Positions 36,348-46,410 of a stretch of 64,000 bases of DNA are shown one piece after another. Under the pieces are notes generated by a model that did no database searches, had not been told where the DNA came from, and saw only the letters and a program-made list of their open reading frames with translations. How positions within the stretch are numbered: the first letter of the stretch is position 1; each line of letters opens with the position of its first letter. This stretch comes from a virus (taxonomy: Duplodnaviria > Caudoviricetes), in IMG/VR virus record IMGVR_UViG_2706795618_000001, positions 13,833-77,832 of that record; one strand, written 5' to 3'. Made by a program: the position numbers and the translations under genes.

Positions 36348-36491
36348 GTGGTCAAACCCTCGACGCCAGAACAGAAGGCGCGATACCTGGCCAACCCGCG
36401 CCAATGCATCGACTGCGGTGGCAAGCCGTCGGCCGGTCGGCCGCGGTGCGACGACTGCCACAAGAAATGGGAACGGAGGGGTCGGCGATGA
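36348..36491 (+). CDS. Small Zn-finger protein
   Basis: CIDC...RPRCDDC; fills the gap. Confidence 0.5.
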   Translation: MVKPSTPEQKARYLANPRQCIDCGGKPSAGRPRCDDCHKKWERRGRR

Positions 36492-36856
36492 GTGACATGC
36501 TGGCCGATCTGCGTGCGGTGCTCGACAGTCAGGAGTACCGCGCGGCAAAGGAATTCGCCGACAAGTACCTGGTGGACGGCGCGCTGTTGGTCACCCCGGC
36601 CCAGCACGCCGCGATCCACCGGGCCGCGGCCGCGACGGACGACCGGTTACGTCGCTGGTGGGATCCCAGCTACAGCCCGTCGCCGCTGGTCAACATTCCG
36701 GTGGTGGTGGTCAAGGACGACGGCCTGGCCCACCCCATCGGCAACGGCCGCTACGCCGTGGTGAAGCAAAACGGGATCTATGTGTTCACCCCAGAGCCGT
36801 GGGCCGTCGGAGCGATGCCGGTGGCAAGCCGGGCGCGGGAGGACGGAAATGTCTGA
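36488..36856 (+). CDS. Hypothetical protein
   Basis: ATGA overlap. Confidence 0.65.
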   Translation: MSDMLADLRAVLDSQEYRAAKEFADKYLVDGALLVTPAQHAAIHRAAAATDDRLRRWWDPSYSPSPLVNIPVVVVKDDGLAHPIGNGRYAVVKQNGIYVFTPEPWAVGAMPVASRAREDGNV

Positions 36857-37160
36857 TCTGCCACCCGATGTGCGGCGCGCCGAGCAGCTGATGCAGTCGG
36901 TGATCCAGACGGTGATCAACCACCGGACGCGGTTCTTCTCTGAGCCGGCCGCCGAGGGATTCCGGGTCTACCTGTCGGTGTCGGACGCGCGACTGCTGGA
37001 CGAGCAGGCCCGACGGCGCGGCGACTTCTTTCCACGGTCGAGCATCCGCGACGGCGACACCGGCACCGTGATGGGCCTGCCGTTCACCGCCGACGCCAGC
37101 GTCCGGGTCGGTCGGGTGTTCATCGGCTATCGGGTGGACGCGCTGGAGGTAATGCCGTGA
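36849..37160 (+). CDS. Hypothetical protein
   Basis: RBS GGAGGA. Confidence 0.6.
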   Translation: MSDLPPDVRRAEQLMQSVIQTVINHRTRFFSEPAAEGFRVYLSVSDARLLDEQARRRGDFFPRSSIRDGDTGTVMGLPFTADASVRVGRVFIGYRVDALEVMP

Positions 37161-37699
37161 GCAGCAACAAGGGCCAGCTGACTCAGGACCAGCGGTGGCT
37201 ACTGATGACGGTGGGGACGGGGATCACCCGGGCGTTGCTCAACGACCCGGGCCTGGACGCCTTCATGTCCTCTATGCGCGGTTACCTGGGGTCGGCGCGC
37301 GACGGGGCACCGGAATGGCTGGACAGCTTTGAGGTTCGGGGCGGCAAGATCGTCGCCCCCTCGCGGGGTGAGATCCGCGTGACGGTGACGCGCAGCCAGA
37401 TCAAGGCGTTCCGCGCCACCATCGCCCCCGAACTGCTGGACGAGCTCAACCAGATTGAAAGCGCCCAGATGGCCGAGCACTGGTGCACCGAGCTGTGGTG
37501 CCGGTGTTCATCGGGTCAGCCGCACAAGGACTTTCGCGGCCGCGATGCCTACCACTGCACTGACGACGAGGAAGCCCACCACATGCAAATCGTGTGGGAC
37601 CTACGCGACCGCGAGAAGGACTGCCTGGAACGGATTCTCGTTCGCGTCGAGCCGGTCGGCCAACTGGGGCTGTTTGACGAATCGGAGGTGATGGTGTGA
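37157..37699 (+). CDS. Hypothetical protein
   Basis: GTGA overlaps. Confidence 0.65.
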   Translation: MSSNKGQLTQDQRWLLMTVGTGITRALLNDPGLDAFMSSMRGYLGSARDGAPEWLDSFEVRGGKIVAPSRGEIRVTVTRSQIKAFRATIAPELLDELNQIESAQMAEHWCTELWCRCSSGQPHKDFRGRDAYHCTDDEEAHHMQIVWDLRDREKDCLERILVRVEPVGQLGLFDESEVMV

Positions 37700-38184
37700 C
37701 GAAGCCATACAACAGCGCGGTCATCAGTGAGTGCGGCCGATACCGGTATGAGCTGATCCGGCGGTGGGGCGACGGCCCGCTGCTGGAGTTTGTGATGCTC
37801 AACCCCTCGACCGCCGACGCGGAGAAGGACGACCCAACGATCCGGCGCTGCATCGGATTCGGCAAGGCGTGGGGTTACGGCGGCATCGTGGTGCACAACC
37901 TGTACGCCTACCGCGCGACGGCACCCGACATGTTGGCCAATGTCGATGATCCGATTGGCCCGGCCAACCGCGACTACCTGGGCAACAAGATCGCCACCTG
38001 CACCATCGCGGCCTGGGGTGCCCACCCTGCGGCTGTCGGGTGGTGGAACGGCTACCCGTACAACATCACCGCCGCGCTGAAGCGACCGCAGCTGCTGTGT
38101 CTGGGCGTCAACGGCAACGGGTCACCCAAGCACCCGCTGTACGTGCCGTCCAGCCGTACCCCAATCCCTTGGGAGGCACCATGA
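37696..38184 (+). CDS. DUF1643 family protein
   Basis: SECGRYRY.L.R.W, MLNPSTAD...DDPTIRRC, PKHPLY. Confidence 0.85.
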   Translation: MTKPYNSAVISECGRYRYELIRRWGDGPLLEFVMLNPSTADAEKDDPTIRRCIGFGKAWGYGGIVVHNLYAYRATAPDMLANVDDPIGPANRDYLGNKIATCTIAAWGAHPAAVGWWNGYPYNITAALKRPQLLCLGVNGNGSPKHPLYVPSSRTPIPWEAP

Positions 38185-39104
38185 GTGACCGATCCGGCAT
38201 TGAGTGGACCGACGCCACGTGGAACCCCGTAACGGGGTGCAGCGAGGTGTCACCAGGTTGTGATCGGTGCTACGCCAAGGCATTTGCTGAGCGGTTCCGC
38301 GGCACCGAGGGTCACTACTACCAGCGCGGGTTCGACGTGGTGTTGCGACCGGAGAAGCTGGACCAGCCCATCCGGTGGACCCGGCCGCGCCTGGTGTTCG
38401 TCAACAGCATGGCCGACCTGTTCCACCAGGCGGTCCCCGATGACTACATCGCCCGGGTGTTCGCCGTCATGGCCCAAGCGCCACAGCACACGTTCCAGCT
38501 GCTGACCAAGCGTCACGCGCGGATGCGGCACCTGCTCAACGCGGAGGCGTTTCGGGCCAAGGTGTTCCACCACGGGGGTGGGATGACGTGGCCGCTGCCC
38601 AATGTGTGGGTGGGTGTCAGCGCGGAGAACCAGCAATGGTGGGACACGCGGGTGGAGTACCTGCTTGGCACCCCGGCGGCCGTTCGGTGGGTCAGCCTGG
38701 AGCCGCTGCTGGGTCACATCACGATGGGGACGCCGTGGTCGCTCGACCCCGAGACGTTCCGGTTCACCGGGATTGATTGGGTCGTGGTGGGTGGCGAATC
38801 CGGTACGGGCGCAAGGCCGATGCATCCCGAGTGGGCGCGGTCGCTTCGTGACCAGTGCGCCGCGGCCAAGGTGCCGTTCCTGTTCAAGCAGTGGGGCAAC
38901 TGGAGTCCCGTTGCCCCCGACGAAGCCGCCAGGAACCGTGACCGGCTGGTGTTCCAGAACGGCAAGTCGATCAGTTTCGAGCACGCCACCCGAACCGACC
39001 TGGAGCGTTGGGATTACGTCGTCATGCGGCGCGCCCCCAAGTCGGCCGGTGGTCGTCACCTCGACGGCCAGCTGCACGACCAGTACCCGGCGGTGACGGC
39101 ATGA
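38181..39104 (+). CDS. Phage Gp37/Gp68 (DUF5131) family protein
   Basis: IEWTDATWNPVTGC..VSPGC..CYA, FVNSMADLFH, GGESG, FLFKQWG. Confidence 0.9.
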   Translation: MSDRSGIEWTDATWNPVTGCSEVSPGCDRCYAKAFAERFRGTEGHYYQRGFDVVLRPEKLDQPIRWTRPRLVFVNSMADLFHQAVPDDYIARVFAVMAQAPQHTFQLLTKRHARMRHLLNAEAFRAKVFHHGGGMTWPLPNVWVGVSAENQQWWDTRVEYLLGTPAAVRWVSLEPLLGHITMGTPWSLDPETFRFTGIDWVVVGGESGTGARPMHPEWARSLRDQCAAAKVPFLFKQWGNWSPVAPDEAARNRDRLVFQNGKSISFEHATRTDLERWDYVVMRRAPKSAGGRHLDGQLHDQYPAVTA

Positions 39105-39562
39105 AGGCGCTGACGGTACAGCAGCCGTGGGCCTGGGCCATCTTCTACGGCAAGCTGATCGAGAACCGGACCCAGCTGTGGAGCTACCGAGGCCCGTTGG
39201 CCATCCACGCGGGTGCCCGCTGGTCACAACGCGGCGGCGATTCAGAGCTGGTCGAGGCCGCGTGGCAGGCCGCCACGACAAACTGCACCACCGAGCAGTA
39301 CAGCCACGCATCACGGCTGTGGACCGCGCGCAGTGAGTTCCTGGGCGTGGTGGACCTGGTGGACTGCCACCCCGACGCGGGATGCCATGAGCCGTGGGGG
39401 GAGTCGTCGTACGTCGAACACGGCGGCCGGGTACGGCGACGCATCACCCACCTGGTGCTGGAGAACCCCCGACCGCTGGCCGAGCCGGTCCGCTGCAAGG
39501 GCGCGCTGGGACTGTGGAACCCGCCAGCCGACGTGGTGGCCCAGATCGAGGCCCAGCTTTGA
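39101..39562 (+). CDS. ASCH domain protein
   Basis: MKALTVQQPWA, K.IENR, YRGPLAIHAG, KGALGLW. Confidence 0.85.
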   Translation: MKALTVQQPWAWAIFYGKLIENRTQLWSYRGPLAIHAGARWSQRGGDSELVEAAWQAATTNCTTEQYSHASRLWTARSEFLGVVDLVDCHPDAGCHEPWGESSYVEHGGRVRRRITHLVLENPRPLAEPVRCKGALGLWNPPADVVAQIEAQL

Positions 39563-39990
39563 GCGCCGGGGTGGGCGTCCCGGCACCGCGACCGTGCGCG
39601 TCGTGCCCGTACCGACGTGATGTGCCGTCGGGGATCTGGGATGCCAGCGAGTACAGCAAGCTGACGGCCTACGACCGCGACACGCACGCTCAGCCGCTGG
39701 GGCTGTTCCTGTGCCACCAGACCAACGGCGATGACCCCAACGCGCGGCTGTGTGCCGGGTGGGTGGGGTGCCACGGCGATCAGCTGATCGCGCTGCGGCT
39801 GGCCGTGGCGCGGGGTCGCCTGCCCGGGGAGGTGTTCGACTACACCACCGACGTGCCGCTGTTTGAATCCGGCGCGGCTGCTGCGGCCCACGGGGTTGCC
39901 GGTATCGACAACCCCGACGCCCGGGCCGTCAACGCGATTGAGAAGGTCGCGGCCCGTCGGGGACTGGACGCCGGGGAGTTCGACCGGTGA
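39559..39990 (+). CDS. DUF6283-like protein
   Basis: PCASCPYRRDVPSGIW, FLCHQ, CAGW. Confidence 0.7.
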   Translation: MSAGVGVPAPRPCASCPYRRDVPSGIWDASEYSKLTAYDRDTHAQPLGLFLCHQTNGDDPNARLCAGWVGCHGDQLIALRLAVARGRLPGEVFDYTTDVPLFESGAAAAAHGVAGIDNPDARAVNAIEKVAARRGLDAGEFDR

Positions 39991-40442
39991 CGCGCTACCA
40001 GGTGGACGCGGGGTGCCCCATCATCCCGTTCGTTGACAAGCCCAAGGCGTGCAACCGGTGCGGCCGGCGGCTGTCGGGACGCCGTACCCAGTGGTGCAGC
40101 TCCAAGTGCGAGAACGAGTTCCGCGAGAACCACAACTGGACCAGCGCGCGGCACGCGGCCAAGGACCGCGACGGCTACCGCTGCGTCCGGTGCGGAAGCG
40201 ACGGCCGTGCCCGGGTGTTCATCGCGGGATCGGTCATCGAGATTGGGATGCCGTCACGTGGGCCGGAACGGTACGAGCGGCGGCTGGAGGTCAACCACAT
40301 CACCCCGCGCGAGGGCCAGGGCTACGGGTGGGGGTGCGCTCACCACCTCGACGGGCTGGAAACGCTGTGCCGCCACCACCACCAGATCGAGACCAACAAG
40401 CAGGCGGCGCGCCGTCGTCAGCGTGAGGCGGTGGCGTCGTGA
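39987..40442 (+). CDS. HNH endonuclease
   Basis: RDGYRCVRCG, LEVNHI.P, LETLC..HH. Confidence 0.85.
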   Translation: MTRYQVDAGCPIIPFVDKPKACNRCGRRLSGRRTQWCSSKCENEFRENHNWTSARHAAKDRDGYRCVRCGSDGRARVFIAGSVIEIGMPSRGPERYERRLEVNHITPREGQGYGWGCAHHLDGLETLCRHHHQIETNKQAARRRQREAVAS

Positions 40443-40795
40443 CGGCCCGGATGTGCCTGTGTGGCCACCCCGACATCCCCACGGGGGTCTACGGGGTGGG
40501 GGACGGCCGTCACGTCAACGGGACGGGGCGCTGCCTGGCGTGCCTGTCGTGTGAGGACGGGTCAGGGCCCCACGTGCCGAACCGCTGCGGGTGTCAGGAG
40601 TTTGAACCCGTCGAGCTGGTGCCGCGCGCGCAGGCGGTCGCGCAGGGGGGTGTGCCGTGCATCTGCGAGCACTACCCGTCGAGCCACGACCCACGGGAAT
40701 TGGGCGGTCGGTGCCGAGCTCGTCACGGCGACGGAACCCGCTGTGACTGCCCGGGTTACGAACCCGACCCGCGCTATATCGAGGAGGAGGACTAA
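40439..40795 (+). CDS. Cys-rich hypothetical protein
   Basis: Two C.C.H...H..G.C...C.C motifs. Confidence 0.65.
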   Translation: MTARMCLCGHPDIPTGVYGVGDGRHVNGTGRCLACLSCEDGSGPHVPNRCGCQEFEPVELVPRAQAVAQGGVPCICEHYPSSHDPRELGGRCRARHGDGTRCDCPGYEPDPRYIEEED

Positions 40796-41776
40796 GTGCG
40801 TATCCGCTCCATCAAGCCTGAGTTCTGGCGATCGCAAGACATCAGCGCGTTTGAGGACTGGGGTATCCGGCTGTTGTTCATCGGCCTGTGGTCGTACGTG
40901 GACGACAACGGGGTGGGGCTCGACCGGGTGGCGCTGATCGCTGCCGACCTGTTCGCCGACGACCTGGAGCGAGACCCTAGCGAGACGTTCGCGAAAGTCT
41001 CGCGAGGGTTGCAGCAACTTGCCGAAGCAAAACGCATCGAGCGGTACACGTTCGAGGACAAGTCGTATCTGTTCGTAAACGGGTGGGCAGACCACCAACG
41101 GATCGACCACCCAAACGCACCGCGTTATCCGCTGCCTGACGGGACGATTGCCCATCCGACCAGCGAAAAGCCCACCCGTTCGCGAGCTTCCACGAAAGCC
41201 TCGCGAAAGCCTCGCGAGAAACTCGCGCCTGGAACAGGGGAACAGAGGAACAGGGGAACAGGGGAACAGGAAAGCGCTTCGCGCAGCGCGCGCGCGAGCA
41301 GCCGACCCAAGACGTTCACCGAGATGGCAACCGGCAAGCGCGAGACACCACCACCCCCAGCCCCGGCTGAGATTCCCCACGGCGTACCCGCGACGAGGGC
41401 GGCCGACATCGTGCGCGAGGAGCTGCCCCGCAACCGGTACCAGCCCGCCACCCTGACGGGGCTGAGGCTGGCCGTCGGTCAGCTGCTGGCCGAAGGCAAC
41501 GACGAACAGGTGATCCGGCAGGCGGTGCGGCTGTGGGACGCCCGGCCCGACGGTGGCACCGGCCTGCTGCCGCACCTGATGGCTGAAGCGGCCAAGTCGA
41601 TGAACCCCGACACCCACAACGCGGGGCCGCGCAAGCCAACCCGCCACCAAGAGAAGACCGCGACGGCCGCCGCGCTGTTCGTGGAGCTGGGCGACGACCC
41701 GAACGCCGCCAAAGCACCCACCCCAACCCTCACCACCACCACCGACCGGAAGGAGCTGCCGTGCAGCAGCAACTGA
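40796..41776 (+). CDS. Replication initiator protein
   Basis: MRIRSIKPEFW, LLFIGLWSYVDDNG, W..HQRI.HP; internal iteron-like repeats. Confidence 0.8.
   Translation: MRIRSIKPEFWRSQDISAFEDWGIRLLFIGLWSYVDDNGVGLDRVALIAADLFADDLERDPSETFAKVSRGLQQLAEAKRIERYTFEDKSYLFVNGWADHQRIDHPNAPRYPLPDGTIAHPTSEKPTRSRASTKASRKPREKLAPGTGEQRNRGTGEQESASRSARASSRPKTFTEMATGKRETPPPPAPAEIPHGVPATRAADIVREELPRNRYQPATLTGLRLAVGQLLAEGNDEQVIRQAVRLWDARPDGGTGLLPHLMAEAAKSMNPDTHNAGPRKPTRHQEKTATAAALFVELGDDPNAAKAPTPTLTTTTDRKELPCSSN
41180..41270 (+). repeat. Iteron-like repeats within initiator (candidate ori)
   Basis: TCGCGA-like hexamers at 10-11 bp spacing, then five tandem GGAACAGG/A octamers at 41231-41270. Confidence 0.6.
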
Positions 41777-42318
41777 CGTACCCCCAGGTGGCGACCGCCG
41801 TCTATCAGGCGTGTGCCAACTATGACCAGTACCTGCCCGAAGCGTCCAAGCCGGTGATGCTCGCGTGGGCCAAGGTGTTTGAGCGCTACCGGCTGACGGT
41901 CGAGGATCTGTTGGCCGCGGTGGACAAGCTGTACGCCGAGCACGGCAACGGGTGGAAGCCCCTGCCGGGTGACATCGCCCAAACGGCCCGCGCGCTGCGT
42001 ACGGAGCGCGCGGACAGCCAGGTGACGGTGACGCCCGCGTTGACCGGCGCGGAGGAGCAGCGCGCAGCAGCGGCCCGGCTGGAGGCCATGAAGGCGTTGG
42101 CCGCGGAGAAAGCGCTGGAGTCGGCAGAACCCGCTGCAGCGTCGCCTGCCGGATCGAACCCCTACTCCGCGGTCAACCCCCTGTCGGTGTCGTGCGATCA
42201 CTGCAGGGCAGCCATCGGGGCACCGTGCATGGTCGCTGGCACCAACCAGCGACTGACCAAGACGCCATACCACGACAGCCGGGTGCAGAAGGCCAAGGCC
42301 CAGGCGGTGCCAGCGTGA
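41761..42318 (+). CDS. Replication accessory protein (helicase-loader-associated type) with Zn ribbon
   Basis: Follows initiator; W.PLPGDI; CDHC.A.IG.PC...H.SR. Confidence 0.55.
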   Translation: MQQQLTYPQVATAVYQACANYDQYLPEASKPVMLAWAKVFERYRLTVEDLLAAVDKLYAEHGNGWKPLPGDIAQTARALRTERADSQVTVTPALTGAEEQRAAAARLEAMKALAAEKALESAEPAAASPAGSNPYSAVNPLSVSCDHCRAAIGAPCMVAGTNQRLTKTPYHDSRVQKAKAQAVPA

Positions 42319-42704
42319 TGGCCGACGACCTGACCGACGCCCAGATCGCCGACACCATCGCGGCGATGGACGCGCGGTGGAACGGCCAGCCCGTCCGCTG
42401 CCAGTGCCCCGGCGACCCCCACGGCGGCAACGGGTGCAGGCAGCCGGCCACCGTCATCGCGGTGCGCCACCTGGTGCACCAGTGCAACGGCCCGGAGTCC
42501 AACGACAACGGCGACGTGGTGGAGCTGCTGTGCCTGCAGTGCGCCCGGGATCTGTGGATCAGCGCCATTGGTGCCGCTGCTCGGCTACGCGCCGCCGCGG
42601 CCCGTGTTGGCGGCCACCCGATCTGCTGCACCTGCCAGTCCCCGATGTCGCGGCCCTCCGACATCGTGCGGTCGGTCAAGCGTGACGACCGGGGCGTCCG
42701 GTGA
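42318..42704 (+). CDS. Cys-rich hypothetical protein
   Basis: TGATG junction. Confidence 0.65.
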   Translation: MADDLTDAQIADTIAAMDARWNGQPVRCQCPGDPHGGNGCRQPATVIAVRHLVHQCNGPESNDNGDVVELLCLQCARDLWISAIGAAARLRAAAARVGGHPICCTCQSPMSRPSDIVRSVKRDDRGVR

Positions 42705-42985
42705 CGGGCCGGGAGTGGACGGCCGAACAGCTGGCCAAGTGGCGAATCCGCAAGGCCGACAAGGACGAGCAGCCCCCGTGGGTGCGGAAGCGGATCAACC
42801 CCGACAGCAGCACGTTCGGGGGCGCGGCGCTGCATCCGCTGCCACCGGCCCCGCCGTGGTGGGTGTACGCCCCGGGCCAGACCGACCCATCGGGCTGCTG
42901 GTCCACCCACAAGGCGGCCGTCGAGCAGGTATCGGATGCCATCTGCAACCGGCTGGTCGAGCCCTACCGGAAGGACGACGAGTGA
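42701..42985 (+). CDS. Hypothetical protein
   Basis: WRIRK...WW motif. Confidence 0.6.
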   Translation: MTGREWTAEQLAKWRIRKADKDEQPPWVRKRINPDSSTFGGAALHPLPPAPPWWVYAPGQTDPSGCWSTHKAAVEQVSDAICNRLVEPYRKDDE

Positions 42986-43551
42986 TCATCACCGGGATTG
43001 ACCCGTCACTGACATCAGCCGGCATCGCCAACTTCAACAACGGCCGGGTCAGCGGGCTGACTTCCGTTGGCCGCAAGGGACACGACAGCGAGAGCTACGA
43101 CGACCGGTCAGACCGGATCGACTACCAGTCGCAGCTGGTGGTGTCGAAGGTGTCGCGCGGCTGCGACCTGGTGATGATCGAAGGCCCCGCGTATGAGGCC
43201 GACTACGGCAGCCAGTTCGATCGAGCGGCGTTGTGGCACTTCATCTATCGCCGGTTGAGGATCGCCCGTGTCCCCGTCGTGGTGGTGCCGCCCAAGGTGG
43301 CCAAGAAGTTCGCCACCGACAACGGCAACGCCAGCAAGGAGCTGATGCGCGACCACGCGCGCCGGGTGTGGCACGACCTGCGTATCAGGAACGCCGACGA
43401 GGCCGACGCGCTGTGGATCGGGGCCTACGGGGTGGCCGAGGTGGGCGACTGGCTGCCTTTCCACCTGGAAGATCACCAGCTAACGGTGATGAGAAAGAAC
43501 CGCCTGGTTCCAAATCGGTTGAAGCACAACGTAAAACAAGGAGGTAGGTAG
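42982..43551 (+). CDS. RuvC-like Holliday junction resolvase
   Basis: ITGIDPSLTSAG, MIEGPAY, KKFAT.NGNASK, DEADALW. Confidence 0.88.
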   Translation: MIITGIDPSLTSAGIANFNNGRVSGLTSVGRKGHDSESYDDRSDRIDYQSQLVVSKVSRGCDLVMIEGPAYEADYGSQFDRAALWHFIYRRLRIARVPVVVVPPKVAKKFATDNGNASKELMRDHARRVWHDLRIRNADEADALWIGAYGVAEVGDWLPFHLEDHQLTVMRKNRLVPNRLKHNVKQGGR

Positions 43552-43823
43552 TGATGGTAGGAACGGTCGGCAATCTCAATGCCAAGCACATCGGGATGAT
43601 GGTCAAGTTCCGGTGGCGCTTCCCCGGGTGCAACGTGATTGCCGACATCGCGGGGGAGCTGCGGGAGGTGCACCACCACCCCGAGGGAACGTCGGTGTGG
43701 TTGGCAGGGCCTGATTCCCAGGGGATCAAGAAGGAATTCACCGTCGGCCACGACATCGCGGTGGCGGTGTTCGCGCTGGACGGCCAACCAGCCGACGAGC
43801 TCCCGGCAACGGGGGTGGAGTGA
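43551..43823 (+). CDS. Hypothetical protein
   Basis: RBS GGAGGT. Confidence 0.6.
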   Translation: MMVGTVGNLNAKHIGMMVKFRWRFPGCNVIADIAGELREVHHHPEGTSVWLAGPDSQGIKKEFTVGHDIAVAVFALDGQPADELPATGVE

Positions 43824-44470
43824 TGTCCACCGTGTGGTTCACCTCCGACCTGCATATCGGCCACGGGCTGGCCGCCGCCGCACGCGGGTACCGGTGCTGC
43901 GCCGGCCAGGATGGCTGCCCGTCGTGCGTTGCGGCCCACGACGACGAGCTGGCCAGCGCCTGGGACGCCGTGGTGCACACCAGCGACCAGGTGTGGGTGA
44001 TGGGAGACGTATCGGTCGGCGGCCGCGAGGAGCTGGCCTACGCGCTGAACTGGATCGCTGACCGGCCCGGCGAGAAGCACCTGGTGCCGGGCAACCACGA
44101 CCCGATTCACCCGATGTACCGCGACAGCCACACGTGGCATTCGGCCTACCGGCAGGTGTTCGCGTCGGTCCAGCCGTTCGCGCGCCGCAAGGTCGGCGGC
44201 CGTGACGTTCTGTTGTCCCACTTCCCGTACGAGGGCGACAGCGGGCCCACCGACCGGCACGTGGAGTACCGGCTCCGCGACCACGGGCTGCCGATCCTCC
44301 ACGGCCACACCCACCGGCCGTGGCGCGCCACCACCTCCACCCCGATCTACCGCGTGGACGAGGGGGCGTCGGTGCCGCCCAACCAGTTCCACGTCGGAGT
44401 GGACGCCTGGGATCTGTGGCCCGTCCACATTGACGAAGTGGCCGACCTGATGCGCGAGGTGGGGTGGTGA
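43823..44470 (+). CDS. Calcineurin-like metallophosphoesterase
   Basis: SDLHIGH, GDV, GNHD, SHFP, LHGHTH. Confidence 0.9.
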   Translation: MSTVWFTSDLHIGHGLAAAARGYRCCAGQDGCPSCVAAHDDELASAWDAVVHTSDQVWVMGDVSVGGREELAYALNWIADRPGEKHLVPGNHDPIHPMYRDSHTWHSAYRQVFASVQPFARRKVGGRDVLLSHFPYEGDSGPTDRHVEYRLRDHGLPILHGHTHRPWRATTSTPIYRVDEGASVPPNQFHVGVDAWDLWPVHIDEVADLMREVGW

Positions 44471-44853
44471 ACCTCCACGAGTCCGACGCCCAGGGGCCGG
44501 TGACCAACCACCGACCCCGCCATGAGCGGCCCGAGTGGGCGTCCGACTACAACCTGCGGGCGCTGTTGCCCAAGACGGTGTTCTGGAACCGTCGCCGCTG
44601 GTGGAGGGTGGGGGACGACGGACTGCACCAGCTGATCGTGCCTATGGGCCACGACGACATCATGCACGGCGTCTACAACGGCGGCCCAGAGCGCAAGGTG
44701 GCGGCCGCGCGGACGTGTGGGTGCTACATCTGCCGCGACCTGCTGGAGCAGTGGGGGCCGACGGGCTGTGGGCACCACCCGGTGGCTGGTCAACCGCGCC
44801 GACCGCCACGTGTGATGGCCCATGCGGCAAGGCGTTCCGGTGGTTCCAGCTGA
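44464..44853 (+). CDS. Hypothetical protein
   Basis: Packing; 3' boundary uncertain. Confidence 0.5.
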   Translation: MVNLHESDAQGPVTNHRPRHERPEWASDYNLRALLPKTVFWNRRRWWRVGDDGLHQLIVPMGHDDIMHGVYNGGPERKVAAARTCGCYICRDLLEQWGPTGCGHHPVAGQPRRPPRVMAHAARRSGGSS

Positions 44854-45079
44854 CGATGGTGTGCGAACGCGCATGGACCGACGACCAGCGGCCCTACTAC
44901 CGCACCCGGTCGCTGTGCCCGCAGTGCTTCTGGAGCCGACCGACGCCGCCACCGCCAGGCGGGTGGCTGGCCAACATGGTGGCACGCCTGTGGCTGCCGG
45001 GGGACGAGCTGCCCGACGAGCCCATCGTGGAGCTGGACCCCGCGTTCGTTGACATCGGCCACGTCAGCGAGGACCAGCC

Positions 45080-45949
45080 GTGATCAACGTGGGGCCGGAT
45101 CAGCCGAGCGGCAAGGTGTTCCGGCCACTGACGCCGTGGGAGCAGCGGGAGCGCGCAAAGCTACGGCTGGTCCGCGATGGGGACAGCGAGCCGCGCACCA
45201 ACGGCCGACCACCACCGCCCCCGCTGAACTGGGACGCGGCCAACGAGTTCGACCGGAGCCTGCTTGCCCACCTGGCCGCGTTGCGGGCCAACGGGATCGT
45301 CGGGACCAACGAGGTGCGCGAGCTCGCTCGGCCAGTGGTGCTGCCCCCGGGGGTGCAGTACCGCCGAGTGATGGTGGCCAAGCCGGCACAGGCCGAGTGG
45401 CGTGCCGAGGGTGAGGAGCTGCCGGTCAGGCAGCTTGAGACGCTGCTGTTTTCGTGGCGCGACCGCTACACCAACCGGCCCGTGGTGGAGCCGTGGATGA
45501 CGTTGCACATGGGCGCGCCACTGGAATCGCCCGCTGACTTGCCGGTCAACCTGCGGCCCGACGAGGCGGGCAAGTACTGGGTGTTCGGCCGGGAGGTCTA
45601 CCTGTGGACCGGTGGGCGCTACGCCGCCGTCACGCTTCCCCCGCTGGACCCCACACCCCCGCCGGCCAAGGTGCTGACGACCGAGCGGCCCCTGAGTGAG
45701 GAGGCGCGCCGGGAGGTGGAGCACGTGTGGAGCGGGGAAATGGTTGCGGCCCTGCAACCGCCACCACCACCGAGATTCCGCAACAGCCGCCACTACCAGC
45801 AACGCGACCTGGCGGCCATCGGGAGCTGCCCGAGGTGCGGCGAAATCGACGTGCATTGGCTGCGGCCACCCGACCTGCCGCATCCCGAGCCGGTGCCCGC
45901 AGTGATCAGAGAGTGCCGCGCGTGCGGCCAGGAATGGGGTGAGAAGTGA
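45080..45949 (+). CDS. Hypothetical protein with C-terminal Zn ribbon
   Basis: CPRCG..D.H.L...IREC..CG.EW. Confidence 0.65.
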   Translation: MINVGPDQPSGKVFRPLTPWEQRERAKLRLVRDGDSEPRTNGRPPPPPLNWDAANEFDRSLLAHLAALRANGIVGTNEVRELARPVVLPPGVQYRRVMVAKPAQAEWRAEGEELPVRQLETLLFSWRDRYTNRPVVEPWMTLHMGAPLESPADLPVNLRPDEAGKYWVFGREVYLWTGGRYAAVTLPPLDPTPPPAKVLTTERPLSEEARREVEHVWSGEMVAALQPPPPPRFRNSRHYQQRDLAAIGSCPRCGEIDVHWLRPPDLPHPEPVPAVIRECRACGQEWGEK

Positions 45950-46410
45950 CAACTAGCAGTGTGATTCGACTGACAGCCGGGGACGGACTGGTGTGGCTGG
46001 AACGGCCCGGTGGACGCAAGGGGCCGTTGGCGTTCGACACCACCTGGAGCGCCAAAGACTGGATGCGACTTCACAGGTGCAACTGGACGCTAGAACCCGG
46101 CGACGTGTTGTCGTTCCCTCACGAGTTCGACCAGGCGGTGGTGGAGGTGGATGTCAACGCGCCGCGGCTGTGGTCGCCGTGGGAGCAGACCATCGCCCGT
46201 CACTTCCCGGCATACCCCATCACCTTCGGGTCGGTGTCGGTGCATTTCCTTGTGCGGCAACCCTGCCCGACGTGCGGGACCAACGCGCTGCACGACGCCG
46301 AGATGGCCGACATGAAGGGCCAGGACGGCGCGCTGCATCTGCTGGCCAGACGGTATGTGCTGCGGACCTGCATCACCTGCGACGACAGCTGGGAACAGGA
46401 GTCGATGTGA
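45946..46410 (+). CDS. Hypothetical protein with C-terminal Zn ribbon
   Basis: CPTCG...RTCITC..SW. Confidence 0.65.
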   Translation: MTTSSVIRLTAGDGLVWLERPGGRKGPLAFDTTWSAKDWMRLHRCNWTLEPGDVLSFPHEFDQAVVEVDVNAPRLWSPWEQTIARHFPAYPITFGSVSVHFLVRQPCPTCGTNALHDAEMADMKGQDGALHLLARRYVLRTCITCDDSWEQESM

